Translations under genes and position numbers: made by a program
Shown here: positions 10,263 through 19,779 of the stretch, piece after piece
How positions within the stretch are numbered: the first letter of the stretch is position 1
Layout: every line of letters starts with the position of its first letter
Notes under the pieces: generated by a model
Databases searched by the model: none
Told to the model about the DNA's origin: nothing
What the model saw: the letters and a program-made list of their open reading frames with translations, nothing else
Source of the DNA: a bacterium
GTDB taxonomy: Bacteria; Actinomycetota; Acidimicrobiia; Acidimicrobiales; Bin134
Length of the DNA stretch: 64,000 nt
Direction of reading: 5' to 3'
NCBI GenBank assembly: GCA_026709815.1
Contig: JAPOSH010000055.1
Coordinates: forward strand, 4,363 to 68,362

Positions 10263-10324
10263 TGGCCCTCACCCTAACAAGGAGGCGGTGAGAGAACCTA
10301 GGCGGTTTGGGGGCGGGGCCGCCA

Positions 10325-10750
10325 TCAATCCAAAACCGCGCTGACGGCCCGCTGCACGCTCAGCGCGTCCAGCGGTTTCACGAGCCAGCCGTCGGACTTC
10401 GCCTGGCGGGCCAAGTACACGTCGGCGGTGCGGTCCAAAAGCATCAGCACCTTCGTCTCCGGCAGCCGACCCATCTCCGCTTCCATCCGCAAGTCGAGAC
10501 AGGTTGCCATCCCCCCCATATTGCCGATCTGAAGATCGCATATCACCACAGCCGGTTCCTGCTCCCGCACCGCCGCCGCCACCTCAACCCCGGCCCGCAC
10601 TCTGGCGATCTCGATGCCGTCTCCCCCCAATGCGGCGTCGAGCGCATGGTGAACAGAGTCGCTGTCGGTGGCCAAGAGCATGCGGATCACGCTCTGATGG
10701 TATCCAACCCAATGCCGTCGCAGCCTACTGGGGAAATCGGCCTGGCCCAT
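10325..10750 (-). CDS. single-domain response regulator (CheY-like receiver)
   Basis: [11 protein letters not shown]...[13 protein letters not shown]...LVKPLD supplies the acidic pocket, the phospho-acceptor Asp and the conserved Lys. There is no output domain. The start is ambiguous (track start 10780; I chose the ATG at 10750). Confidence 0.75.
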   Translation of the reverse strand: MGQADFPSRLRRHWVGYHQSVIRMLLATDSDSVHHALDAALGGDGIEIARVRAGVEVAAAVREQEPAVVICDLQIGNMGGMATCLDLRMEAEMGRLPETKVLMLLDRTADVYLARQAKSDGWLVKPLDALSVQRAVSAVLD

Positions 10751-10801
10751 GGCTTCGGGTTCGCGGCGCGTTAGCATCAAGGACGGCCAAGGGGAGGCGT
10801 T

Positions 10802-11158
10802 TTGCTCGAAATCGACGTCGAAAACTCAGACACCCACACGGTGCTTCGCCCCCGGGGCGAGATCGATGCCTACACCGTGGCCCAATTCCGGGAGCGCATC
10901 GGCGAACTGGCCCTCGAACCCCGGCTGCTCATCGACTTGGGATCGGTTCCGTTCATGGACTCGGCCGGATTGGGGGCGCTGATCGGCGGCATCCGCCGGA
11001 TCCGCGACTCAGACGGCGAGGTGGTCGTCGCCTGTGGCGAGGGCGCGCTGGCCCGACTGCTGCACACCACCGGCTTCGACCGAATTGTTCCAGTGGCGGA
11101 GACCCCCGAGGAAGCGCTGGCCTCGCTGCTGGCCGCCGACCCCGGCGAGGCGCAGTAA
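10802..11158 (+). CDS. STAS-domain anti-sigma-factor antagonist
   Basis: 118 aa: LRPRGEIDAYTVAQFRERI...LIDLGSVPFMDSAGLGALIGG. TTG start preceded by GGGGAGG. Divergent from the receiver gene. Confidence 0.85.
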   Translation: MLEIDVENSDTHTVLRPRGEIDAYTVAQFRERIGELALEPRLLIDLGSVPFMDSAGLGALIGGIRRIRDSDGEVVVACGEGALARLLHTTGFDRIVPVAETPEEALASLLAADPGEAQ

Positions 11159-11178
11159 GCAGGCGCGGATAGAGGCAC

Positions 11179-12699
11179 ATGGGTCTCAGAAAACCCAGCA
11201 AAATGCCGAAAACGCAGTGCCTCAAACCATCGGCGCGGCCGACCTGGCCCCCAAGAGCATCGACGGCTGTGAACCAGAGCGCAGCTGGATCGCGACGGCT
11301 GTGGCGGCTCAGACTCATCGCGGCCTGCCTGATCGTCGGCGCCGTCTTGGCCGCATCCGGCGACTGGCGGGGGGCGGCGGCGCAAAGCGACGGTGATGCC
11401 GCCGGAGTGGCGGTGGTGGTCGAGGTCACCGGGTTGCTGGATCCGGTCATGGCCGAGCTCATCGAGAACTCCGTGGCCGATGCCGCCGACGCGGGCGCCG
11501 CCCTCCTGGTGTTCAGGGTCGACAGCAATCGCTCTGTGGTCTCCAACGTACGCCTGGCGGAGTTGGCCGGCGCCATGGCCGCCTCACCGGTGCCCATCGC
11601 GGTCTGGGTCGGTCCGAACGGCGCTTCGCTCGAAGGCAAGGTAGCCCAGCTCTTCGCCGTGGCTGACGACGTGGGCATCGCCCCCGGCACCAGCGTGGGC
11701 AATCTCGGCCCGCCGCTGGCCTCGCTGGCCGAATTCCCTGTGGCTTGGGCCGACCAAGCGCCGATCCGAAGCCAGAAGCTGGGGTGGAGACAGCTCATCT
11801 CTCAGGGAGTCATCGGCTGTGATCTCCTCGACATCGACGATCTGCGAAGCCGATACCGCGAGGCGGGCATAGCGTTCGACCCTCAAACCGTGCGAGTCCC
11901 CCCCCCGGAAGAACAGTGCGTGGCCCCGGTGGCCGGCGACTACCTCGTCGACCTCGACCATCTGGGCTTCGCCTCCAACTTGGTCGATGTGAACGGCCAG
12001 CCGCGCCTCGAGCCGGTCACTCAGGTGCAGTTCCGAGGCCTGTCGCTCGCCCACCAGCTCTTCCACACCGTGGCCAGCCCGCCTGTTGCGTATCTGCTGC
12101 TGACCATCGGCATGGGCTTGATGTTGTTCGAGTTCTTCACTGCGGGCATCGGGGTGGCCGGGGTCGTGGGAGCGCTGCTGTTCATCCTGGCCGGCTACGG
12201 ATTCTCGGTTCTGCCCCACAACACCTGGGCGCTGGCCCTGCTGGGCGCTTCAATGGCGGCATTCGGCATCGACATCCAAACGTCGGTTCCCCGCTTCTGG
12301 ACGGGCGCGGGCATGATCATATTCGCCGCGGGCACATGGTGGCTCTACGACGAGGTGTCCATGTCGTGGATCCCGATGGTGGTGATGACCGCAGCGGTGG
12401 GAGTGGCCATGTTCTCGGGGATGCCGTCGATGGTGCGCACCCGCTTTTCCACGCCCACCATCGGGCGGGGTTGGATGATCGGCGAGACCGGTGAGACGGT
12501 CGAGGACATCTCTCCCAACGGCGTGGTGCGGATTCGGGGAGCCCTGTGGCGGGCCCGCTCGAACAGGGCCACGCCAGTGGCAGCCGGAGAGCAAGTCAAG
12601 GTGGTTGCGATAGACGGCCTGTGGTTGGAAGTGGAACCGATGGAGGGTGCGGCGCGCGACTATCGAGAGCCTCGCCGCAAAGGCGCCCAGCCCGCTTGA
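11179..12699 (+). CDS. NfeD-family membrane-bound (ClpP-class) protease
   Basis: 506 aa: signal/TM, ClpP-like region (VVVEVTGLLDPVMAELIENSV), multi-TM block and a C-terminal NfeD OB-domain (VVRIRGALWRARS...GEQVKVVAIDGLWLEVEP). The N-terminal start is uncertain. Confidence 0.75.
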   Translation: MGLRKPSKMPKTQCLKPSARPTWPPRASTAVNQSAAGSRRLWRLRLIAACLIVGAVLAASGDWRGAAAQSDGDAAGVAVVVEVTGLLDPVMAELIENSVADAADAGAALLVFRVDSNRSVVSNVRLAELAGAMAASPVPIAVWVGPNGASLEGKVAQLFAVADDVGIAPGTSVGNLGPPLASLAEFPVAWADQAPIRSQKLGWRQLISQGVIGCDLLDIDDLRSRYREAGIAFDPQTVRVPPPEEQCVAPVAGDYLVDLDHLGFASNLVDVNGQPRLEPVTQVQFRGLSLAHQLFHTVASPPVAYLLLTIGMGLMLFEFFTAGIGVAGVVGALLFILAGYGFSVLPHNTWALALLGASMAAFGIDIQTSVPRFWTGAGMIIFAAGTWWLYDEVSMSWIPMVVMTAAVGVAMFSGMPSMVRTRFSTPTIGRGWMIGETGETVEDISPNGVVRIRGALWRARSNRATPVAAGEQVKVVAIDGLWLEVEPMEGAARDYREPRRKGAQPA

Positions 12700-12784
12700 G
12701 CCTCAAAGAGCCGACAGCTCTTCGCGCTTGTTTTGTGCGCGGACGGCTTCGCCTATAAGGTCCGCTCAAAGGGGGTAACCGAGA

Positions 12785-13048
12785 GTGAGCGCCGTCACCA
12801 GTGAGAGAGCCTGGCAAGTAAAAGCAGCCTGTCGCGGGCCCCATTCGGCGGTGTTCTTTCCGCCCCCCTCATTTGAGCGCAAAGAGGAGAAGCTCGAGCG
12901 GGAGAGCCGGGCCAAGGCCATCTGCGAAGTGTGCCGCGTGATCGACGAGTGCCGCGACTACGCCCTAGAGATTCGCGAGCAGCACGGAATCTGGGGTGGC
13001 CTCAACGAATTGGAGCGACGGGAAATCCTCAGCCAGCGGCGGAACTGA
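12785..13048 (+). CDS. WhiB-family (Wbl) transcriptional regulator
   Basis: 87 aa with a four-Cys pattern (AACRG...CEVCRVIDECRDYA) followed by GIWGG, the WhiB signature. Confidence 0.9.
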   Translation: MSAVTSERAWQVKAACRGPHSAVFFPPPSFERKEEKLERESRAKAICEVCRVIDECRDYALEIREQHGIWGGLNELERREILSQRRN

Positions 13049-13074
13049 AGGCGAGACTGAACTCGCAGGGCGCC

Positions 13075-14793
13075 TCACAGGCGCGGCCCGGCGATTCGCA
13101 GGTCGCCCCGCCGACGGGTCACCCCATGGCCATCTAGCCACGCCAAAAGCGGCAACGCGTACTTGCGCGTGGTGCCCAAGCGCTCGCGCACCTCGGCCAC
13201 GGTGACGCCGGCAGGCTGGGAGGCCAGCATCTCAGCCAACACCGAACGGGCCGCATCTACTGCCACAGCCGCAAAGAACACACCGTCGGCGTCCACCACC
13301 AAGCCCCGCTTCACCAACTCCCGCACCTCGCTTCGGTCCACGCCCGCCGTCTCAGGATCGGGTGGGGTGAACGGGGCGGCTTCCAAGGCCGAGGTGTACC
13401 GATGGCTCTGGTAAGGGTCCGACTGCCCAGCGGGGCGTGCTCGGCCTCCTTCAATCGTCAAATCCTCCATGAGGCCCAACACCGCCCGGTCTCGAGCATC
13501 CAGCCCGGCGATGTCCAGTCCGAGCGGCCCGGCGGCGTCCACCGCATGGCGCAACCGGGCTCGGGCCGCCGCCAGCACGTTCGGGCTCACCACCCACCGT
13601 CCGGCGTCGGGCGCCCGACGCTGGCCGGTCAGCAACGCCAGGAGATCGGCCTCCACCCAGCCCCTTTCGGCCACCACTCTGTCGATCGACAAGTCGGGCT
13701 CAGCCCGCGACGCGGGCAGTATCGGGTCGACGTCGAGCACGGTGCCGCCGCCGATTGTCTCGGCTCGGCCGCTCTCTCGCAGAACGAAACGATCGCCCGG
13801 CAGCAGCGGCAGGCGGCGGGGGAGGTGGAGCCGAACCGATCCCGTTTCACCCGGTGACAGCGCGTGGTGGCCGAGAATGCGCATGCGAGCCGGCAGCTCA
13901 CACGCCCCCACGTACACTGCGTGCGCCCCCCGGCGAGACACTTCGTGGTCCAAGGTTCTCAAGACGGTCAGGGAGGCGTCGAAGCACCCGGTCAGATGCC
14001 ACTGCCCCGCTCGGACAAGCACATCGCCTCGGGCGATTTCTTGATGGCCGACACCTGAGAGGTTGACCGCCACCCGGTTGCCCGGCCCGACCTTGGTGCG
14101 CGGGCTGTGGTGGGTCTGCAGGGCTCGAACTCGGACCGAGATCCCCCGGGGCCAGAGCTCCAATTCGTCATCGGCTCGAATCTGTCCCCCGCCCAACGTG
14201 CCGGTTGCCACCGTGCCCGCCCCCCGGGCGGCGAACACCCGATCTATCCAAAGCCTTGGGCGACGCTGGTCGACAGCCGCGGGAGTCCAATCCAACAGAT
14301 GATCCAAAGCCGCTCGAAGATCATCGACGCCCAACCCGGCCACAACATCGGTCTCCACCATCGGCGCGGCGGCCAAGAACGTGTCCGCAATCCGCTCCTC
14401 GACCTCCAAGCGAGCCAGCTCGGCGATGTCAGGGTCGCACGAACCCACCTTGGTCAAGGCGATCAACCCGTGCGACACCCCCAGGAGCTCCAAGATGCGG
14501 AGGTGCTCCTCCGACTGGGGCATCCACCCCTCATTGGCCGCCACCACGAACCAGCACGCATCCACCGCCCCCACCCCGGCCAGCATGTTGCGGATGAACC
14601 TCTCGTGGCCGGGCACATCGATGACAGACACCCGCCGGCCCGAGGGCAACAGCACCGAGCCGAACCCCAGGTCGATGGTCAGGCCTCGTGCCTTCTCCTC
14701 GGCGAATCGGTCGGGGTCCACCCCGGTGAGCGCCTCCACCAGCGTGGACTTTCCGTGATCGACATGGCCCGCGGTGGAAATGGTGATGCTCAA
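13075..14793 (-). CDS. selB: selenocysteine-specific elongation factor SelB
   Basis: 572 aa. GTPase start TAGHVDHGKSTLVEALTG, DVPGHERF, then a long C-terminal winged-helix extension. Located directly downstream of selA. Confidence 0.9.
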   Translation of the reverse strand: MSITISTAGHVDHGKSTLVEALTGVDPDRFAEEKARGLTIDLGFGSVLLPSGRRVSVIDVPGHERFIRNMLAGVGAVDACWFVVAANEGWMPQSEEHLRILELLGVSHGLIALTKVGSCDPDIAELARLEVEERIADTFLAAAPMVETDVVAGLGVDDLRAALDHLLDWTPAAVDQRRPRLWIDRVFAARGAGTVATGTLGGGQIRADDELELWPRGISVRVRALQTHHSPRTKVGPGNRVAVNLSGVGHQEIARGDVLVRAGQWHLTGCFDASLTVLRTLDHEVSRRGAHAVYVGACELPARMRILGHHALSPGETGSVRLHLPRRLPLLPGDRFVLRESGRAETIGGGTVLDVDPILPASRAEPDLSIDRVVAERGWVEADLLALLTGQRRAPDAGRWVVSPNVLAAARARLRHAVDAAGPLGLDIAGLDARDRAVLGLMEDLTIEGGRARPAGQSDPYQSHRYTSALEAAPFTPPDPETAGVDRSEVRELVKRGLVVDADGVFFAAVAVDAARSVLAEMLASQPAGVTVAEVRERLGTTRKYALPLLAWLDGHGVTRRRGDLRIAGPRL

Positions 14794-14851
14794 CGCCGTG
14801 CCGCGGCCATCTCTTGAAGAACTCCAGTGCCGCCGAATGCCATCGCCGCTC

Positions 14852-16132
14852 CTACCCGAGGGCCGACAGCGCGGCGGCCACCCGCCGATCGTCGCCCGGC
14901 GCCACGGTCCGCAGGTCCAGCCAGGTGCGACCGTCGCTCACTCGGGCGATGACGGGCGGGCTGCCAGCGCGAAGGGCGGCGCGGCAGTCCCCGTCCACCA
15001 CCACCCCGAACGAGTCGATCTCAGCGCCGGGAATCGTGCCGCCGCCGGGCACTGACGCCATCGACGCCGCCTCGCCGATGCCGCACTCGGCCACCACAGC
15101 GCGGGCTCGGCACTCCAGTTCGTCGGCGGCTGCCGATGCCATCCGCCAGAATTCGATGGCCTGCCCGTCGCGCCGCAGATAGGCCAGGGCCACCTGCTGG
15201 AGAGCGCCCAGCACCAGGCTTCCCGGTCGAAGCGCCCTGGCCAGAGGGTGCCGGGCGCATTTTTCCACTAGATCGACGCGCCCGGCAATGATCCCCGCTT
15301 GGGGGCCGCCGAACAGCTTGTCGCCGGAGAAGGTCACCAGCGCCGCCCCGGCTGACAGGGTTTGGCGGGCCGCGGGCTCGCCAGCCAACCACGACGGCGG
15401 GCCGTCGTCCAGCCAAGGACAGGCGCTGTCCACCAATCCCGATCCGATGTCGGCTACCACCGGGACATCCAACGATGCCATCTCGCTCACCGTGACGCTC
15501 TCGGTGAAGCCCACGATGCGGTAATTGGACTGATGCACTTTGAGCGCCAGGACAGTGTCGTTGGCCGAATCGGCGGCGGCCGCGGCAAAATCGGTCAGAC
15601 GAGTGCGGTTGGTGGTGCCCACTTCCACGAGTCGGGCCCCCGACTGCTCCATGACCTCCGGCACTCGGAACCCGCCGCCGATTTCCACCAGCTCTCCCCG
15701 CGACACCGCCGCGCCACGCCCGGCGGCCAGCGCCGCCAGCACCAGCAGCACGGCCGACGCTCCGTTGTTCACCACGATGGCGGCGTCGGCACCGCACAGC
15801 CGGGCCAGCATCGCCGCAGCATGGGCGTGTCGGGATCCTCGGCGGCCCGACGAGAGATCCAGTTCCAGGTTGGTATAGGCGGCTTCGGCGGCGACCGCCA
15901 GCGGCGCCCGCCCCAAGTTGGTGTGCAGCAGAACCCCAGTGGCGTTTATCACCGGCTGGAGCAAGGCGAGGGCCATCAGGCGGGCATGGCGGCGGGCCCG
16001 CTGGCTCGCTTCTCCGGGATCACCCTCGGCGATGGCCGTCCGGGCGGCGCCCACCAGCAGCGGGTGGGGCAGGCCGGTGTCGGCCAGCGACCGGGCCAGG
16101 GCGTCCACCGAAGGAGGTTTGACGGATCTCAT
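14852..16132 (-). CDS. selA: L-seryl-tRNA(Sec) selenium transferase SelA
   Basis: 426 aa. FSGDKLFGGPQAGIIAGR contains the SelA PLP-lysine motif. Confidence 0.9.
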   Translation of the reverse strand: MRSVKPPSVDALARSLADTGLPHPLLVGAARTAIAEGDPGEASQRARRHARLMALALLQPVINATGVLLHTNLGRAPLAVAAEAAYTNLELDLSSGRRGSRHAHAAAMLARLCGADAAIVVNNGASAVLLVLAALAAGRGAAVSRGELVEIGGGFRVPEVMEQSGARLVEVGTTNRTRLTDFAAAAADSANDTVLALKVHQSNYRIVGFTESVTVSEMASLDVPVVADIGSGLVDSACPWLDDGPPSWLAGEPAARQTLSAGAALVTFSGDKLFGGPQAGIIAGRVDLVEKCARHPLARALRPGSLVLGALQQVALAYLRRDGQAIEFWRMASAAADELECRARAVVAECGIGEAASMASVPGGGTIPGAEIDSFGVVVDGDCRAALRAGSPPVIARVSDGRTWLDLRTVAPGDDRRVAAALSALG

Positions 16133-16145
16133 CGTCGGCGCCCGG

Positions 16146-16565
16146 TCAATCGCCGTCGACGTCGTGGATGGTTTGCGTGCCCCGGCGCCTGGGGCCGAAA
16201 TAGGCCGTGCGATGGCGGAAGCGTCGGATCACAAACGGGCGGATTGCCAGTCGCGTGGGGGGGAACAACAGCAACAGCCCCACCGCGTCGGTGGCGAATC
16301 CAGGGGTGAGCATGAGCCCGCCAGCCAGCAGCACCAGAGCGCCGTCCACCAATTCCCGACCGGGCATCTGGCCCTCGGCCAGCTTGTTGCGAACCCGCCA
16401 CAGCACGGCCAGGCCCTGGGCCTTGACCATCCACGCCCCGACCACGCTCACCAGGATCAGCAACCCGATGGTTTCGAGAGTGCCGATGCTCCTCGCGGCC
16501 ACCAAAATCACATACAACTCAGCCAGCGGCACCGCGATGAACAGCAGCACCAGCCAGAACAACAT
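16146..16565 (-). CDS. fxsA: FxsA-family membrane protein
   Basis: 139 aa. MLFWLVLLFIAVPLAELYVIL...GLMLTPGFATD matches the FxsA pattern. Confidence 0.8.
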   Translation of the reverse strand: MLFWLVLLFIAVPLAELYVILVAARSIGTLETIGLLILVSVVGAWMVKAQGLAVLWRVRNKLAEGQMPGRELVDGALVLLAGGLMLTPGFATDAVGLLLLFPPTRLAIRPFVIRRFRHRTAYFGPRRRGTQTIHDVDGD

Positions 16566-16585
16566 GCCTCGCCCCCCGTTGATCC

Positions 16586-17776
16586 CTATGACGAGGCGAT
16601 GTCGAGTTCAGCCAGGGCTTTTTCTGCGGCCTCGAAAATCCGCGCCGTGCAGCTCGCCATGTCCAACGGGGGAACCTCTTCCACCAGCCGGTCGGCGATG
16701 GCGCGAAATGCCGTCGCCGCCGAGCCGGGATCGCCAGCCAGCACCACAGGCGCCCCCTCGTCTCCGCCCGTGGACACCGAGCCGTCGATGGGCACCTGCC
16801 CGAGCAGGGGCACGCCGAGCGCATCGGCCAGTTCCTGCCCGCCTCCTCGGCCGAAGATCTCGTATTCCTCCCCATCAGGGGTGGTGAACGCGCTCATGTT
16901 CTCGATCACCCCGGCAATCCGCAGATAGTTCGACCGTCCCATCGAGGCCACTCGGGTGGCCACCTTCTGAGCGCTGCGGGACGGGGTGGTCACCACCACC
17001 ATCTCCGCTTGGGGAAGCATCTTGGCGATGCCCATCTGCACGTCTCCGGTTCCCGGCGGCATGTCGATCAGCAGATAGTCCACCGGGCCCCAGCGCACAT
17101 CCTCCAAGAAATGCTGGACGGCGCGGTTCAACATGAGGCCGCGCCACATCAGCGCGGCCTCCTCGGAGTCCACCAGGAATCCCATCGACACCACTTCCAG
17201 GGTGCCGTCGCCCACCTTCTTGGCGTTGGGAACGATCTTCTTCTCATTCTCAGCCCCGGCCAGACGCCCTTCGACACCCAACATCCGAGGCACCGAATAG
17301 CCCCAGATATCGGCGTCCATGACCCCGACCCGCATGCCCCGCCGGGCCAGCTCCGCGGCCAGGTTCACCGTCACCGACGACTTTCCCACCCCGCCTTTGC
17401 CCGACGCCACCATGACCACCTTGGTGGTGGGCGCCACCGCAGTGTCAGGAGCATTTTGGGCCACGTTGAAGCGGGCCTTGGCCATGGCCGACGCCTTCTC
17501 CTCCTGAGTCAACTCGCTCCAGTGGATCTTGACCTTTTCCACGCCCGGGAGGCCGCCGACCCGGCTGCGCACCTCACGCTGGATCTGGGCCCGCAGCGGA
17601 CATCCCGCCGTGGTGAGCGCCACCGTCACCTCGACCAGGCCGTCGGAATTGACCACCGCGTCGCGGGCCATGCCCAGCTCAACGATGTCACTGCCCAGCT
17701 CGGGGTCGATCACTCCGCGCAGCACGCCCATAATGTCATCAGTGGTCGGCCGCGATGTGGCTGCGCTCTGGTTCAC
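16586..17776 (-). CDS. Mrp/NBP35 (ApbC) Fe-S cluster carrier ATPase with N-terminal DUF59-like domain
   Basis: VIDPELGSDIVELGM (DUF59-like), then MVASGKGGVGKSSVTVNLA (deviant Walker A) and a CxxC-like context. I trimmed the low-complexity track N-terminus (start 17941) to the GTG at 17776; the start remains uncertain. Confidence 0.85.
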   Translation of the reverse strand: MNQSAATSRPTTDDIMGVLRGVIDPELGSDIVELGMARDAVVNSDGLVEVTVALTTAGCPLRAQIQREVRSRVGGLPGVEKVKIHWSELTQEEKASAMAKARFNVAQNAPDTAVAPTTKVVMVASGKGGVGKSSVTVNLAAELARRGMRVGVMDADIWGYSVPRMLGVEGRLAGAENEKKIVPNAKKVGDGTLEVVSMGFLVDSEEAALMWRGLMLNRAVQHFLEDVRWGPVDYLLIDMPPGTGDVQMGIAKMLPQAEMVVVTTPSRSAQKVATRVASMGRSNYLRIAGVIENMSAFTTPDGEEYEIFGRGGGQELADALGVPLLGQVPIDGSVSTGGDEGAPVVLAGDPGSAATAFRAIADRLVEEVPPLDMASCTARIFEAAEKALAELDIASS

Positions 17777-17909
17777 AGTCGCCGATGCTACCGGCTGGCT
17801 TTGTATACCTCTACGGGGAGCGGGACGCGGGGCTTGGGCTTCGGGTGTGCTGGGTCCCAGGGCCGGTGGGTAGAATGGCGATGTCCGCAACGTTGACCGG
17901 GAGAGTTCT

Positions 17910-18236
17910 GTGATCACACTGACTGATTCAGCAACCAGCAAAGTCGGAGATCTCGTGCGCCAGGAGCAGGCTGACGACGAAGAACTGGCGCTGCGGGTCG
18001 CAGTGCGTCCGGGCGGCTGCTCTGGTTTCAGCTATGAGATGTACTTCGACGCCGACATCGGCGCCGAAGACCAAGAGGTTCTCTTCGGCAACGTCAAGGT
18101 TGTCGTCGACACCTCCAGCGCGGCGCTGTTGGAGGGGGCGGTGCTCGACTACAAAGACGGTCTCACCGACGCGGGGTTCTCCATCACCAACCCCAATGCC
18201 CAGCGCACCTGCGGGTGCGGGCAGAGCTTCAGCTAG
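17910..18236 (+). CDS. erpA: HesB/IscA/ErpA-family iron-sulfur cluster insertion protein
   Basis: 108 aa with RPGGCSGFSY and a C-terminal CGCGQSFS. Confidence 0.9.
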   Translation: MITLTDSATSKVGDLVRQEQADDEELALRVAVRPGGCSGFSYEMYFDADIGAEDQEVLFGNVKVVVDTSSAALLEGAVLDYKDGLTDAGFSITNPNAQRTCGCGQSFS

Positions 18237-18240
18237 TGGT

Positions 18241-19779
18241 GTGCCGCGGGGGGCGGCCGCCTTGGAGTTCACCGTAGACGGTCGCCGAATCGAGGTTCCC
18301 GACGACGGTGCCTCGCTCATGGAAGTGCTCCGCGACCGGCTGGGCATCCGCACGGTAAAAGACGGGTGCAGCCCACAAGGCCAATGCGGGTGCTGCACGG
18401 TGTGGGTGGACGGGAAGCCGCGAGTGTCCTGTGTGACCCCGGCCCGCCGGGTGAAAGGCCGGGAGATCACAACGCTGGCCGGGCTGTCGGCGAAAACCCG
18501 CACCGACTGGGGCGCGGCGTTCTGTGCGGCTGGCGCCAGTCAGTGCGGGTTCTGCACCCCTGGCATCATCATGCGACTCGCGGGCCTCGATGCCCGCTCG
18601 CGGCCCCGCTCGACCCCGGCCGCGGCGCTGTCCGCGCATCTGTGCCGCTGCACGGGGTGGCAGACCATCTTGGAAGCGTGGGATGACTATGGCGCACCCC
18701 GGCCCGATCGCAATTGGCCGGCGGCGACAAGACGGGCTGAGCTAGAAGGCGGCGCCCCTCAGGCCGTGGGACCGGATGTGGCCTTGGGAGAGGGGGGCTT
18801 TGCCGACGACACTGCGCCTGAAGACGCCCTCGTCGCCCTGTCCGACGGACAAGAAGGGTGGGCCGTGGGGGAGACGGTGGCCGAGGCCCGGGCCGCCGCG
18901 GGGAAAGTGCAGGGCCGGCGAACTCCGTCCCAGCCGGGCATGCCCTTGGATTTTCCCGAGGGAGACTGGGAGGTCCGACTCCGAACCTCATGGGTGGAGC
19001 CTGCATATCTGGAGACTGATGCCTCGTGGTGCGCCCCCGGCGGTGAGCCCGCGAGCCCGCTGGCCAACGGCGGGGCATTCGGCGCCAAGCTGACGTCTCC
19101 GCTGCCCGACATCGCCCGGCGACTGGCCGACGAGCACGGTCGCCCGGTCCGAGTGCTCTGGTCTCGCGAGGACGCGGTTCGACATGGGCCCAAACGCCCC
19201 CCGGTGGCCATCGGCATCGACCGTGACGGCCGCGGAGCGGCGCGGGTGGTCCGCACACCTGGAGTGTCCGATGCCATTGCCTCGGTCGCGCCCGACCTCG
19301 AAGTAGAGGAGATGGACATACCCGGACCGCCGACTTCGACCGCCATCCGGGGCGGGGGATGGGTGGAGGCCGCCGTGGCGATGAGCGCGGTCGGCGACGG
19401 GACCAGCGGGATCGCCGCCCCCGGCGGGGGATGGGCGCAGGCTGAGTGGCACCAGGGCAGATTGCGGATTCAGGTGCGGTGCGGCGCGGCGCTCGACGAA
19501 ATCGTGCTGCGCTCCTACTGCATCGGCGCCGCTCACATGGCCTACAGCTGGGTCACCTCCGAAGCGCTGACGGTGACCGCCGACGGAGAAGTGCACGACC
19601 TGACCATCCGCTCCTTCGGGGTGGTTCCCGCATCTCGGATGCCGCCAGTGGAAGTGCAGATCGAACCATCCGATGATCTCCCGACCAACGGTTCCGACGC
19701 GGTGTTCGCCGCCGTGGCCGCGGCCACTTGGCGGCGTGCCGGTCACCGGGCTGACTGGCCCACCGGCCTGCTCGATTAA
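18241..19779 (+). CDS. (2Fe-2S)-binding protein fused to a short xanthine-dehydrogenase-family (hammerhead/MoCo-like) region
   Basis: CSPQGQCGCCTV and CGFCTPGIIM/CRCTGW are the CoxS/XdhC-type double 2Fe-2S motifs. The downstream GGAFGAK recalls the GGGFGGK motif of MoCo subunits. Start set to the GTG at 18241, after the erpA stop. Confidence 0.7.
   Translation: MPRGAAALEFTVDGRRIEVPDDGASLMEVLRDRLGIRTVKDGCSPQGQCGCCTVWVDGKPRVSCVTPARRVKGREITTLAGLSAKTRTDWGAAFCAAGASQCGFCTPGIIMRLAGLDARSRPRSTPAAALSAHLCRCTGWQTILEAWDDYGAPRPDRNWPAATRRAELEGGAPQAVGPDVALGEGGFADDTAPEDALVALSDGQEGWAVGETVAEARAAAGKVQGRRTPSQPGMPLDFPEGDWEVRLRTSWVEPAYLETDASWCAPGGEPASPLANGGAFGAKLTSPLPDIARRLADEHGRPVRVLWSREDAVRHGPKRPPVAIGIDRDGRGAARVVRTPGVSDAIASVAPDLEVEEMDIPGPPTSTAIRGGGWVEAAVAMSAVGDGTSGIAAPGGGWAQAEWHQGRLRIQVRCGAALDEIVLRSYCIGAAHMAYSWVTSEALTVTADGEVHDLTIRSFGVVPASRMPPVEVQIEPSDDLPTNGSDAVFAAVAAATWRRAGHRADWPTGLLD

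Noticed and set aside
12706-12734. A hairpin (AAGAGC-cgaca-GCTCTT) after nfeD as an intrinsic terminator.
   Set aside because: The stem is only 6 bp with three GC pairs, and the T-run starts 9 nt downstream. That is too weak to call.
17910-18236. A possible HesB-like selenoprotein, given the selA/selB/selC genes in the window.
   Set aside because: The ORF is uninterrupted and ends with the ordinary CGCGQSFS cysteine motif. There is no in-frame TGA.
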